Shown here piece after piece: positions 51,571 through 64,000 of a stretch of 64,000 nt of DNA. Position 1 is the first letter of the stretch, and each line of letters opens with the position of its first letter. Under the pieces are notes generated by a model. That model worked only from the letters and a program-made list of their open reading frames with translations. It made no database searches and was not told where the DNA came from. The stretch lies in assembly GCA_951406725.2 (NCBI GenBank), contig OX597826.1, forward strand, positions 47,368,001-47,432,000, written 5' to 3'. A program made the position numbers and the translations under genes. This stretch comes from Octopus vulgaris. Lineage: Eukaryota.

Positions 51571-51608
51571 TGTGTGTGTGTGCCGTGTGTGTTTGCGTAT
51601 GTATGTGT

Positions 51609-51639
<31 letters not shown>

Positions 51640-51857
51640 TTATAGATTTGTATATCTATGCTATACATCTATATCTCTGTGTGCGTGTGTGTTATATATA
51701 CATACAACCATACATAAATAGATACATACATACGTACACATATACATACATACATATATATATGCTTGCACACGCACGCACACACACACACTCACACACA
51801 CAGAAACACACACACATGTATATATAAAGAGAGAAAAAGAGAGACAGAGAGATAGAT

Positions 51858-51920
<63 letters not shown>

Positions 51921-52007
51921 GGCAGGAAGACAGATAGATAGATAGATCGGCAGACAGACAAACAGAAAAACAGACACACAGACACACAGATACACAAACA
52001 GACAGGC

Positions 52008-52141
<134 letters not shown>

Positions 52142-54307
52142 GAGTAAAGCTGATTAAGAATATCCTCAGTATGACTAGGGTTAGGGTTAGCGTTCATGCT
52201 AAATACATGTATTTTTCAGTAAAACTAACAAAACCAAAATCTGCCTCTATGTATGTTTAAGACATAACAGAAACTTACAAGGGAGATAATTGCTGTGAAT
52301 TCAGCTGATCGAAATGTTCAGCAAATAATGATGACGATGATATTTGGTAGGTGTTTGACTGAAGGTACGTATCGTTTATAGATTTTCAGTAATGGCAATA
52401 GGACTGCTCTCTATCACTTTTTTTTATATTTATGTTTTAGGGTTATCTAAGGCCCTATTATTGAATGTGACTGCAGAGCGCTGGTTTGGATGAGATTTGG
52501 CCGTTATTTTCAGCATGTCTAGCGATCACATATGGGGGTACATTTGTTCGATCGAGTGACATTGGGAAGAAGTGGGTCGAATAACAGAGTCGTCAGTGCA
52601 TCGACTCGCGGTATTTTTCTGCCTTTTATTTATTTATTTTTAAAAACATTTTACGCTCTGGCTGAAGTCCGGCGGAGGTCAACATTGCTTTTCATTCTTT
52701 CAGTCTATAAGATACAGCATGAAAGTTAAACTTAGGACGGTGATATGAAAAACCAATAATGTTTAAGGGACGTTTAAGAAAGAAATCAACGGAATTTTAG
52801 TGTCTAGGGTATTAAATGGTGGGAAATTGGAAGTGTCATTAAAGCTACGTATTAAATGCATTGAGGTAGTTGTTCTGACTCTCTTTCGTTGGGGCTCGAA
52901 TCATGCCGAAGTCAGCTTTGTCTTTAGTCCTTTCATGGATCGATAAACAAACGACCAATCCAGGATTGTGAGTTGGCGGAATAGAAAGAATGCTGGGTTG
53001 AATGACTTGTGGTATAAGCATGGAAGTCTTAAGGTATGAGCACAGTAGGCATTGTCCAGGGGCCTCGTGATTCTGATCTATGTATATTGTAGCTTGTTGT
53101 TAATATAATATACTATAAGACCCAGTGCACTGATTTGCTTGGAGACCTAAAAAAGCTACTGAGATGGCCCCCGAGTCAATATTTCGTCTCTGCGTTCTGA
53201 GTCAAATCTAGCCGCTGCTAACATGAGTGGGTTACTTAATCTGTTATCTGCTTCAATATGATCTTCTGGTATCTTGGGTGCCTTTAGCAAAGCCCGGTAT
53301 GTAGCACGCATTCGGACCTGGTTTCTAGTTTGAAGATAAGGCTGTCCTTCTCCCAACCCGCCAGTCTCGAATGGGCTGTAAAATATTATGATCAATGCCT
53401 TCTCTCCTGATAAGGAAAAAAAAAACTTCCCTAGGTGCATTCGAACTATTGACCTTTTGGCCGGTATACCGTCATAGTATCGACGCGGACAGCAGCGATT
53501 CCCGAAATCGCAACTAATTTCATGATTAAGTCGTCGCTAACCGTATCGATGTCTATGAGGTTATATATAATTGAAATAATCTGGTGATTAACCTGAGGTA
53601 ATTTTTTTTTCACCCCGATTCCACCTGCGTCACGCATTTAGAGAAACGAAACGATTCAAAAAGAAACGTTATTCGTTCATTTTTCTTTTCTCTTCTGTGT
53701 CTTACGTTTTAAGTAAAAATTCTACACCCCTTGCATTTTCAAAAGTTCCACATTCACCCACTACCGTTCAAAGAACAAACGCTAATTGTGTCCTCCCTAT
53801 TTCAGTAAGTGACACTTTTCTGTCCCTTAATAACCAAAGAACGCTCTTGTCAACTATTAGCAATAGTCTACCTTATAATTTCTAAGAACTGTGTTTAAAA
53901 ATTGAAGCATCAATCGCGTGCTAAAAGAAAAAAACAAATAAATATATAAATAAAATAAAATAAAATAAAATAAACCAAGTAATTCTTATAATTAAAGAGT
54001 GTTTCAATGGTGATATTAGAGAATTTTCTTTCTTCAGAAAACATTTATTGAACTGTCTGTATTGTATTTTATCTCGCCAACATTACTCGTAAATCTTCGT
54101 TTTGTATTTTAGATGTTATAAAATGGCAGGAATACTCTTGCCTAATGTTCTGCTGTTGACTTGTTTGCTTACTCTAGTAATTCTAACTAATTTATCATCA
54201 TTATTTCTCAGCTGTCAATTATCATACAATTTTTATGTTGAAATTCGCCAAACATTTCTTTCGGTATTATTACAGATAATATTCTTCCGTTGATGTTGTT
54301 ACTGCTG

Positions 54308-54381
<74 letters not shown>

Positions 54382-55241
54382 GATAATGATGATATTGTTG
54401 TTATTGTTGATGCTACTGTTGTTGTCGTAGTAAAAGCAGCAGCAGCAGCAGTTGTAGTAGTAGTTATTGTTGTTGCTGTTGTTCTTGCTTGTTATTGTTG
54501 CTGTAGTAGTAGTAGTTGTTGTTGTTGTTGTTGTTGTTGTTAATCTCTGACTGGCGCTACGGTGTTATTATTGAAAATAAACACAACAAACAGTCAGGTC
54601 AAGTTTTATAGCGACACTAATTGTCACACTCAAACACAGGGGAGAAAGAAAGAAAGAAGGAAGGACAGAAGGAAAGAACGATAAAATAGGCAGAGAAATA
54701 AAGAAAGAGAGAGAGAGAGAGAGAGAGAAGTGCAAGACAAGGCGAGAGAGAGAGGGAGAGAAAACAAATACACACCAACCAACAAACAAACAAACAAACA
54801 AAAAAGATGACAAAAATAAGACGAAATTGTGAATTGCAATTTATTTAGTTTTCCTTCTTTTCCTTTTTAGCCAATCAAGAGTCAACAAAATGCTTTTGTG
54901 AAACCCTCAAAGAACTCTCCAAAAATCAGCAGCCATTTGTGATATATGATGAATAGTGTTACACCTTGTGTTGTGGTTTGTTTTGTTGTTGTTATTGTTT
55001 TTTTCTTTTTTAAATTTATATCTGTGTTCGTGAGTACCTTTTTTTATTATTTTATTTTATTTTATTTTGTATGTGTTTGTATTATTTGCCTTTAGATGTA
55101 ACTGAAATAAAATATTCCTTTTCCTGGATAACGTTTCCAAGTAATCGAGCGTGTGTGATTGTATGTATATAATACGTGTGTGTGTGTACGCGCGCGTGTG
55201 TATACATATATACATGAACGTATACATATATATATATACGT

Positions 55242-55280
<39 letters not shown>

Positions 55281-55992
55281 ACATATGCATATATATATAT
55301 ATACATATATGTACGTACCTACCTCTACATGTATATATACACGCATATATGAGTACAGGACACCATGTATATATATATATATGATAGATATGTATAGGTG
55401 TATCATGTATGTGCGTAAAATTAAATACGTATACATGTGTGTATGTTTGTGTAACATATGTCTGATTATGTATATATAAATTCATGTGCGTATTTATACT
55501 CACACATACATACGCATATACATGTGTGTGTGTTTGTGTATGTGTGTGTATGCATATGTCTATGTGTGCGTAGGTAGGCGTTTCTGTGTCACTGTACTTT
55601 TGTGTGCGTATGAGAGAATATGTATGAGATAGATAAATAGATAGAGAGAGAGAGAAAGAGGGAAAGAGAATGAGGGAGAAATGGAGAGTGAGAGAGGGTG
55701 GCAGACGGGGAGAGAAAGAGATGGGTGAGAGAGAAGTAATGGATTGCTTAATACCCATTGATATATCAGGTATGAAGTACCGAATTTCCCACTTAAGAGT
55801 CAGAAGGCGGTCAATGACAATTGTTCAAATGAATGACGTAATTTTATTAATTCGACACCAGTTACAAAGATAAGACGCCAGAAGAAGAAGAAGAAGACGG
55901 AACTGGAAAGTCTCTGAAACAGGAAGTGAAAAGCAGGGTGTGGAAACAATACACCTACATGTTCCGACACTTCTAGCATATCTACGATTATA

Positions 55993-56133
55993 TTAGGTTG
56001 TCCCAAAAGTTCGTAAACACTTGCGAAAATTGAATTTTTACTCGCCAAGTACTAACAAAAACAACAAAAATTATTCCTCAAAATAAAGACCATTATTTTC
56101 CAAGACTTTCTACGAACTTTTGGGACAACCTTA
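55993..56133. mobile_element. mariner-type MITE (141 bp)
   Basis: Perfect 21-bp TIR AGGTTGTCCCAAAAGTTCGTA (55995-56015 / 56111-56131) with TA on both sides. Confidence 0.88.
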
Positions 56134-56384
56134 TAGCATATGAAGTAAAGAATACATTCGCCAAGATTTAAAGAAGAGATTAATCATCAATGAATCTGAA
56201 ATGGAAAATAAGAAAATGAGCCAACCAGGCACGACTGTTCGGTTCAGAATCTCACTTTCCAACGATATGGTTTCGAGTTCGGGTGCTGCCCTATCCGTGA
56301 CACTTTGGGCCAATGTCTTCTGCAACAAATCCGGGCCGGTCAGTGCCTTGTGAGTGTATTTGAGGCACATACACAAGCACTATT

Positions 56385-57409
56385 TTTTTAATACTCTAGG
56401 CACAAGGTCCGAAATTTTGGGGGAGAGGACCAGTCGATTAGATCGACCCCAGTACGCAACTGGTACTTAATTTATCGACCTCTGAAATAATGAAAGGCAA
56501 AGTCAACCTCGGCGGATTTTGAATGTTAGTTAATTAACATTTTGGTAAAATAGTGATTTCGACTATCTTACGTACGGATAACCTATAGAAAAGTATAAGG
56601 CTTAAAAGAAAATAAGGACGTGGCCTGATTTGTTCAAATAAACTCTTCATAACTTTACTCCAGCACGGCCGCAATCCATTGACCGAAGCAAGTAAAAGTT
56701 AGATTGTCGGTTTCTTTCGCCTCAGGTTAGTCCTAACCAAGTCAACCTATCATCATAAACAAAAATATTCAAAAGCTTGTCTTAGTAATTTATTTTCATG
56801 ACACCTAAAGGATGAAAGGCAAGGTCCACACCAACAAGCTTCGAACTTAGAACGCGAAGAAATGGAACAAATATCAAAAGAACGTTTACTCAAAACCTTT
56901 AATGATGATGCGACTAATTCAACGCTCTAAGTCGTAACCAAATAATGAAAAATACAGAGTTGTTTCAAAGTTTGGCACAAGGCCAGCAACTTCGGTGAAG
57001 TGGGTGAGTCGATTACATCAACCCAGGTAATAATTTTGTCGATCCCTAAGGATGAAAGGCAAATTCAACCTTGACAGAACTTGAGCTAAGAACGTTTAGA
57101 CATGAAATGTTGGAAAGTATTTTGCTCGGTTTGCTAACGATTTTTCCAAACGCCATATTGGTAAAATAGATATTGATTTTAAATTTTGGCACAAGGCCTG
57201 CAATTTCGGGGAACGGTGTAGGTCGATCCCATTGATCTTAGTGATCAACTAGTACTTATATTATCGACCCCACCACCCTCAAAGATGAAAGCTAAAGTGG
57301 ACCTCAGCGGAATTTGAACTCAGAACCTAAAGACGGACGAAATGTCGCTAAACATTTTATCCGGCGTGCTAACAATTCTGTCAGCTCACCGACTCCCTGC
57401 CAGCTCTCT

Positions 57410-57478
<69 letters not shown>

Positions 57479-57702
57479 GTAATAATAATAATCCTTTCTG
57501 CAATAGGAACAAAGCCTGAACTTTGTGGGAGAGGGATAATCGATTACGTCGACCCCAACACTCAACTGGTACTTATGCTATCGATCTCGAAAAAATAAAA
57601 AGTAAAGTCAACCACTGTGGAATTTGTATTCAGAACGTAAAGACGGACGAAATACCGCGAAGCATTTCGTCCGGTGTAATAACAATTCTGCCAAGCTCGC
57701 CA
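56385..57702 (-). mobile_element. Cluster of about five same-orientation family B2 SINEs of different ages
   Basis: Repeated GGCACAAGG...CGAT...GATGAAAG...GAACTCAGAAC blocks, with (TAA)n at 57413-57491. Confidence 0.8.
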
Positions 57703-57998
57703 TTTTATTGAATATGTAGTTATTGACAATAATAGTCAGAATCCTCGTCTTCATAGTTACAAACATTATATGAAGATGTAGATGTATGAAGTAAACTTTA
57801 ATATTATATTGTTATCTTACTTTTGAAGGACACAATATCTTTTCGTCGGAATGAAAATCAAAATATATTTCTTGTTTCCTCAACTTTTTGATATGGATGA
57901 AGCTTCAATGAAAAGATTTGTGGTTTTAAGATTCCGGATGAAATATTAAAAAATTCCAATGATAATAAAGACAAAAAACACACACACATGCACATACC

Positions 57999-58226
57999 TA
58001 TTTCTTTATTACCCACAAGGGGCTAAACACAGAGGAGACAAACAAGGACAGACATAGGTATTAAATCGATTACATCGACCCCAGAGCGTAACTGGTACTT
58101 AATTTATCGACCCCGAAAGGATGAAAGGCAAAGTCGACCTCGGCGGAATTTGAACTCACAACGTAACGCAGACGAAATACCGCTAAGCATTTCGCCCGGC
58201 GTGCTAACGTTTCTACCAGCTCGCCG
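57999..58226 (-). mobile_element. SINE family B1 monomer, near-consensus, with TSD (G)CACATACC
   Basis: GCACATACC at 57990-57998 and 58226-58234. Confidence 0.92.
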
Positions 58227-58485
58227 CACATACCATTGACACATACATATACATACCTACGTTCGTATATCATAATGTATGGATGTACGTAGGTTCTTGG
58301 AGAAGAGAACGGATCTCGTTTATCCACATACTACAAATATTTATGATATCTAGGTCAATAAAATTCTGCAATACTTTCTTTAGATTTAAAAAGTGATGAA
58401 CAAAACAAGGAGCTTTCTTTCACAAATTTGCTACCAAGCAGATGTATAAATAAATTTAAATCCAGATTGAAAAGAGAAAAAGAAA

Positions 58486-58835
58486 ACATACATACATACA
58501 TACGTACATACATACATACGTACATACATACATACATACGTACATACATACATACATACATGCATACATCATATATACATACATACATTCATACATACAT
58601 ACATACATACATGCATACATGATACATACATACATACATACATACATACATACATACATACATGCATACATACATACATACATACATACATACATACATA
58701 CATACATACATACATACATACATACATACATACATACATACATACATACATACATACATACATACATGCATGCATACATACATACATACATACATACATA
58801 CATACATACATACATACATACATACATACATACAT
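58486..58835. repeat. (TACA)n tetranucleotide array, ~350 bp
   Basis: Directly visible. Confidence 0.97.
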
Positions 58836-59204
58836 CCCTTCTGAACACCAATGTGGTCAGAAAAATACAAAAACAAGAAGACATATATGGACCCTTAATA
58901 AGGAGTTTGCAAATCTAGTATCCAAGATACACTTTCAGCTTAATACCTATTATTATTATTAGAGCAATAAGGCACATACCAACCTACCCGAAGCAAAGTA
59001 TGGCTGAACTTCAGTTCTTGAGAGAGAACGCAAATCCTTAATTCATACACTACAACGGATCACGATATCTGGGACGATAAATCTGCAAGATCTTAATTAA
59101 GATTTAAAGGATAATGAGCAAGACAAGGTGCTTTCCTTCACAAACTTGCTACCAAGAAGATGATCAGTCAACTCTAATCTAAATTAAAAAGATAAAAAGA
59201 ATAT

Positions 59205-59249
<45 letters not shown>

Positions 59250-59260
59250 CATATATGCAT

Positions 59261-59796
59261 ACTCTTTACTCTTTTTACTTGTTTCAGTCATGTGACTGTG
59301 GTCGTGCTGGAGCACCGCCTTTAGTCGAGCAAATCGACCCCAGGACTTATTCTTTGTAAGCCGAATACTTATTCTATCGATCTTTTCCCGAACCGCTAAG
59401 ATACGGGAACGTAAACACACCAGCATCGGTTGTCAAGCGATGTTGGGGGGACTGCGTGGCATCTTGGGCAAGTGTCTTCTGCTATAGCCCCGGGCCGACC
59501 AATGCCTTGTGAATGGATTTGGTAGACGGAAACTGAAAGAAGCCTGTCGTATATATGTATATATATATAAGTGTGTGTATATGTTTGTGTGTCTGTGTTT
59601 GTCCCCCCAGCATTGCTTGACAACCGATGCTGGTGTGTTTACGTCCCTGTCACTTAGCGGTTCGGCAAAAGAGACCGATAGAATAAGTACTGGGCTTACA
59701 AAGAATAAGACCCGTGGTCGATTTGCTCGACTAAAGGCGGTGCTCCAGCATGGCCGCAGTCAAATGACTGAAACAAGTAAAAGAGAAAAAGAAAAA

Positions 59797-59833
<37 letters not shown>

Positions 59834-60004
59834 CATACATACGACGGGCTTCTTTCAGTTTCCGTCTACCAAATCCACTCACAAGGCTTTGGTCAACCTG
59901 GGGTTATAGTAGAAGATGCTTGCCCAAGGTGCCACGCAGTGGGACTGAACCCGGAAACATGTGGTTCGTAAGCAAGCTACTTACCACACAGCCACTCCTA
60001 CGCC
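59261..60004. mobile_element. Nested antiparallel family A SINEs
   Basis: A minus-strand copy (tail 59261-59451, head 59828-60004) is interrupted by a 5'-truncated plus-strand copy (59452-59798). Confidence 0.88.
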
Positions 60005-61129
60005 AATATACATACACATAACAAATATATGAATAATAATTGATGCACTTGGTTTTGTAAGTAGATGTCTAACTGTCAGTCTGGATAAGCTTGGATTTTC
60101 AGATAAAGACATCAACCGACTGATTCGCACCTTCCTAATACAATCTGTAAGCGGAACAGTAGAACTATGCAAGACTTTTCTCAGGTTTAAAATGTAACAT
60201 TGTTTTCGTTATCTACATTCAAAAGATGGCTCTTTGTATCCTTGTTAGAAACCTGATTTTTTTTTATCTTCGAAGGAAGAATTTAGATAATTAAAAACAG
60301 AAAAGAACATACGCATATACATAGATATATACATATATTTGAGATTACATACAAAAAGCGAAACATACATACCTGCATGTGCACTGACTCCAAATACTGC
60401 CCATACGCATGCACATACATACATACATACAATCATATATACATACGTACAAAAATGTTCATTTTTGCCAGCAGAGTGGACTGGAGCAACGTGAAATAAA
60501 GTACCTTGCTAAAGAACACAACGCTCCGTCAAGAATCGAACTCAAGATCCTACGATCGTGAACCAAATGTCCTGGCCACTAGGCTACACGCCTTCACCAA
60601 AACCTCTTGTCGCAGATTTTGGGCATCTCTCTCAGTACTTCTTTCATACTTAGCGGTCAGTCTACGATCTGAGAGAATACTCCATGCTACATATACAACA
60701 CACGCACACACAGACACACACAGACACACACACGTACAAAAATACACATATACAAACACACACGCGCGTTATAATCTAAGCAACTTTTATCTAGGGTTTC
60801 CAAGATCACAGATAATCTTCAGCAAACAACAGCAATAGTCTTATCACCACAGGTGATATTTGGATAAAACTCCTTAATTCTTAATTTCTCAGTCTAAGAG
60901 TACGCTGCCTTAGATGATGAGAAATTCTACTAAAATATTAAGATTGAAACTTAATTAAGATGGTGGATACAATGCATGTATTACCAATAGGAATTGCATG
61001 GAACTTACGGAGAAAACCTTCAAGATAATATGTAACAAGAACGCATACTGTTTTAGCTGAAGAGATAAAATAAGTTCCAGCACTCTGTCAGGACATGACT
61101 AGAAGTTAACGTATATTATAATTTTAAAA

Positions 61130-61600
61130 GCACCAGGAGTGGCTGTGTGGTAAGTACCTTGCTTACCAACCACATGGTTCCAGGTTCAGTCTCATTGCGT
61201 GGCACCTTGGACAAGTGTCTTCTGCTATAGCCACGGGCCGACCAAAGCCTTGTGAGTGGATTTGGTAGACGAAACTGAAAGAAGCCCGTCGTATATATGT
61301 ATATGTATATGTATATGCTTGTGTGTCTCTGCTTGTCCCTCCAGCATCGCTTGACAACCGATGTTGGTGTGTTTATATGCCCGTAACTTATATGACCGTA
61401 ACTTATATGACCGTAACTTATATGACCGTAACTTATATGACCGTAACTTATATGACCGTAACTTATATGCCCGTAACTTATATGACCGATAGACTAAGTA
61501 CTAGGCTTACAAAGAATAAGTTCTGGAGTCGATTTGCTCGACTAAAGACGGTGCTCTAGCATGGCCGCAGTCAAATGCTTGAAACAAGCAAAAAAAAAAT
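61130..61600 (+). mobile_element. SINE family A containing a 15-bp x7 minisatellite (61381-61485)
   Basis: Unit CCGTAACTTATATGA replaces the consensus GCGGTTCGGCAAAAGA segment. Confidence 0.92.
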
Positions 61601-62182
61601 AAAAGAAAAGGAATAAAATTATAACCTTAAGTATTGTAGATACGTGACGGAAGTGGATGAAATTTTGCCTATCTGAGGTATTTTGTAATCTAATGAAATC
61701 GAACCAGACGGATAAATAAGAAATCTGAAATTATATATTCTTGGAAGCAGACGAAAAAATTATTATTACCATCATGCAAGCTCCACAAAGTGTAAATTCG
61801 CTTGAAACTATTAAATAAGATGTTAGATACCAATCTATTTTCCTCCAGCGATCTTATTAATTTTTTTCTCTGCATGAAGAATTATACCCAAATAATCGCA
61901 TTCATTAGCAAAGGCTCCTTACCAGAGCATACTGTAACTGTCCACTTGACCATTATCGATTTTCACAGATCGTTGGGACATGTGTTCGCATTCAGCACTA
62001 ACCAAAATGTTGTCATTGCTAATTTGTCATTTGAACGATCGCGTGTTCGAAACTACTCAGAGTAGCAAGTCAGCAGAGTTTTTTTCAAATGAATCCTACG
62101 AGTATTGTGCATTTTAACTTGTGCATGCTGTCATCTCTCCCTTTGCAGAAGTCTTCCCACGCGCTATATATATTTTCAAATA

Positions 62183-62233
<51 letters not shown>

Positions 62234-62274
62234 TCTGCCTTTTCTGCATTACTATTTCATCTTCGACTACGTCG

Positions 62275-62662
62275 TTTACTCTTTCACTCTTTTACTTCTT
62301 TCAGTTATTTGACTGCGGCCATGCTGGAGCACTACTTTTAGTCTAAGAAATCGACCTCAGGAATTATTTTTTGTAAGCCTAGTACTTATTCTATCGGTCT
62401 CTTTTGCCGAACTGCCATGTTACGAGGCACGTCAAGCGATGGTGGAGGGACAAACACAAATTCACAAATACGCACGCACATACACACATACACACATACA
62501 CATATATATGTATGTATACGACGGACTTTATTCAGTTTCCACTCACAAAGCTTTGGTCAGGCCGAGGCTATAGTAGAAGACACTTGCACAAGATGCCACG
62601 CAGTAGGACTGAACCTGGAACCATGTGGTTGGGAAGCAAGCTTCTTAACAAACAGCCACGCC
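62275..62662 (-). mobile_element. SINE family A, diverged full-length
   Basis: Reverse-complement match to family A. Confidence 0.88.
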
Positions 62663-63160
62663 TGTTTGCTGTTTTTCCTTCATTTCTTTTTGTTTCTTTT
62701 TTGTGCAGAATGACAACACTAAGGCATTAGTGCCATGTTTTCTCTAGGGAAAATTTATCGGCTCAGCGTACGATAATAAAACCTCAGATTTTATACCTAA
62801 CCTTTATTTTCCACTTATTATTTTTTATAACTTGCACCAACTTTGTAACTTGTTCTTTGTAATTGTAGATATTTTCCTCAACTACTAAACCGTTTTCTTT
62901 GCCGATTTTCCCCTCTTTCGTCTACCACATTCACATCCTACTCAAATCCAGCTAACCATCAGCACCCTACACCCCCTTCACACAACAGTGTCCACCATGA
63001 GACATCTATTGGCAGTGGTACACTTACACCAATATTCTCTTACATTAGGACACAATATCAGGCTTCTAACACTCTTATTAACCATTCCCCATGGAGTTAT
63101 ATGCTTAGCCGAACACTAAGCTGTCTTTGTTTTTCGGTCCACCACCGTTTTTCCTTTCTC

Positions 63161-63197
63161 TTTTCTGATGAAGGATTTAATGTCCGAAACGTCAAAA
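63161..63197 (+). ncRNA. Minimal type I hammerhead motif, PLE-type
   Basis: TTTT CTGATGA A GGAT-ttaat-GTCC GAAAC GTC^ AAAA. The downstream GAGCGTT-like segment resembles family C. Confidence 0.7.
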
Positions 63198-63459
63198 ACT
63201 ATTTTCCCTTTTCTGCTCAAAGCGTTGTGAAAACTTATTCCCCTTGAAATTTTCTTCATATTTTCATTGTTGTTCATTCATCACACACACACACATATAT
63301 ATATATATATGTGTGTGTGTGTGTATACATAATACATATATATTTTAAGTATATAAATAGTTGTGCATGCGTATATATATATATATGTGTGTGTGTGTGG
63401 ATATTTAAGCGCTTATATATATACGTACATGTATACATATGTGTATGCACACAGAGATA

Positions 63460-63529
<70 letters not shown>

Positions 63530-64000
63530 CAAAGATACCTACGAACGTACATACATACGTACATATGTATGTACCTTAATGCATCTGAGCGCGTGTGTAT
63601 ATGATTATACGTATATGTGCTTGCCCGCATATGTGTACGTGTTTGTGAGCGAATGTGTGAAAATGAGTGAGCATGCGTGTAGTGGTAGTTAACCGAGAAG
63701 AAGAAATAGAGACACAGAGGGAGAAGAAAAAAAAAACAAATAAATAACAACAACATACATTGACATTAAATATAGAGAGAATCAAAAGAAAAAAAAAAAC
63801 AGAGTGAAGTGGCTGCTTCCGGACACAAACACACACACACACGTACTCACGCACACACTTGCACGCGCGCACACGCACACACTTGCACGCGCGCACGCGC
63901 ACACACTTACACGCGCGCACACGCATGCACAATATGAGACAGCTGTTGACAGTGATACTCGTATACGAAATCAAACGATTGCTCTCAGCTAACAGCACGC

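Noticed and set aside
61381-61485. Repeat-spacer array or YMTVT repeat protein
   Set aside because: Contiguous 15-bp tandem repeat inside a SINE; no spacers.
62900-63110. Possible PLE GIY-YIG C-terminus upstream of the 63161 hammerhead
   Set aside because: Only a vague PHGV resemblance to the P-x-GLN motif; too degenerate to call.

Overview
Gene-poor, AT-rich, microsatellite-saturated eukaryotic DNA. The SINE repertoire resembles, from recall and without a search, that of an octopus (coleoid cephalopod). I find no convincing host protein-coding gene, and almost every entry in the ORF track is a translated (TA)/(CA)/(TACA)/(TAG) repeat or SINE. The window holds about 20 copies of a ~430-bp tRNA/CORE-like SINE (family A) and many monomers and tandem multimers of a second tRNA SINE (family B). 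It also holds fragments of CR1/L2-like, RTE and Penelope-like (PLE) retroelements, Tc1/mariner, piggyBac and Helentron-type non-autonomous DNA elements, and an ~8.1-kb near-identical duplication on either side of a 100-N gap, probably an assembly or haplotype artefact. The main result of the hunt is a dense set of unrelated short elements, mostly embedded in (TA)n tracts, each carrying a hammerhead-ribozyme motif. Canonical-core copies lie at 19024-19092(-), 22908-22958(+) and 63161-63197(+). Core variants lie at 26306, 29474, 51488 and 34091, and decayed copies lie in fold-backs at 37.5-37.9 kb. One element, at 20102-20248(-), has all hammerhead core strands in a non-circularly permuted, pseudoknotted order, supported by base-pair covariation with a divergent copy at 9241-9320. 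All ribozyme calls come from manual pairing and are untested.
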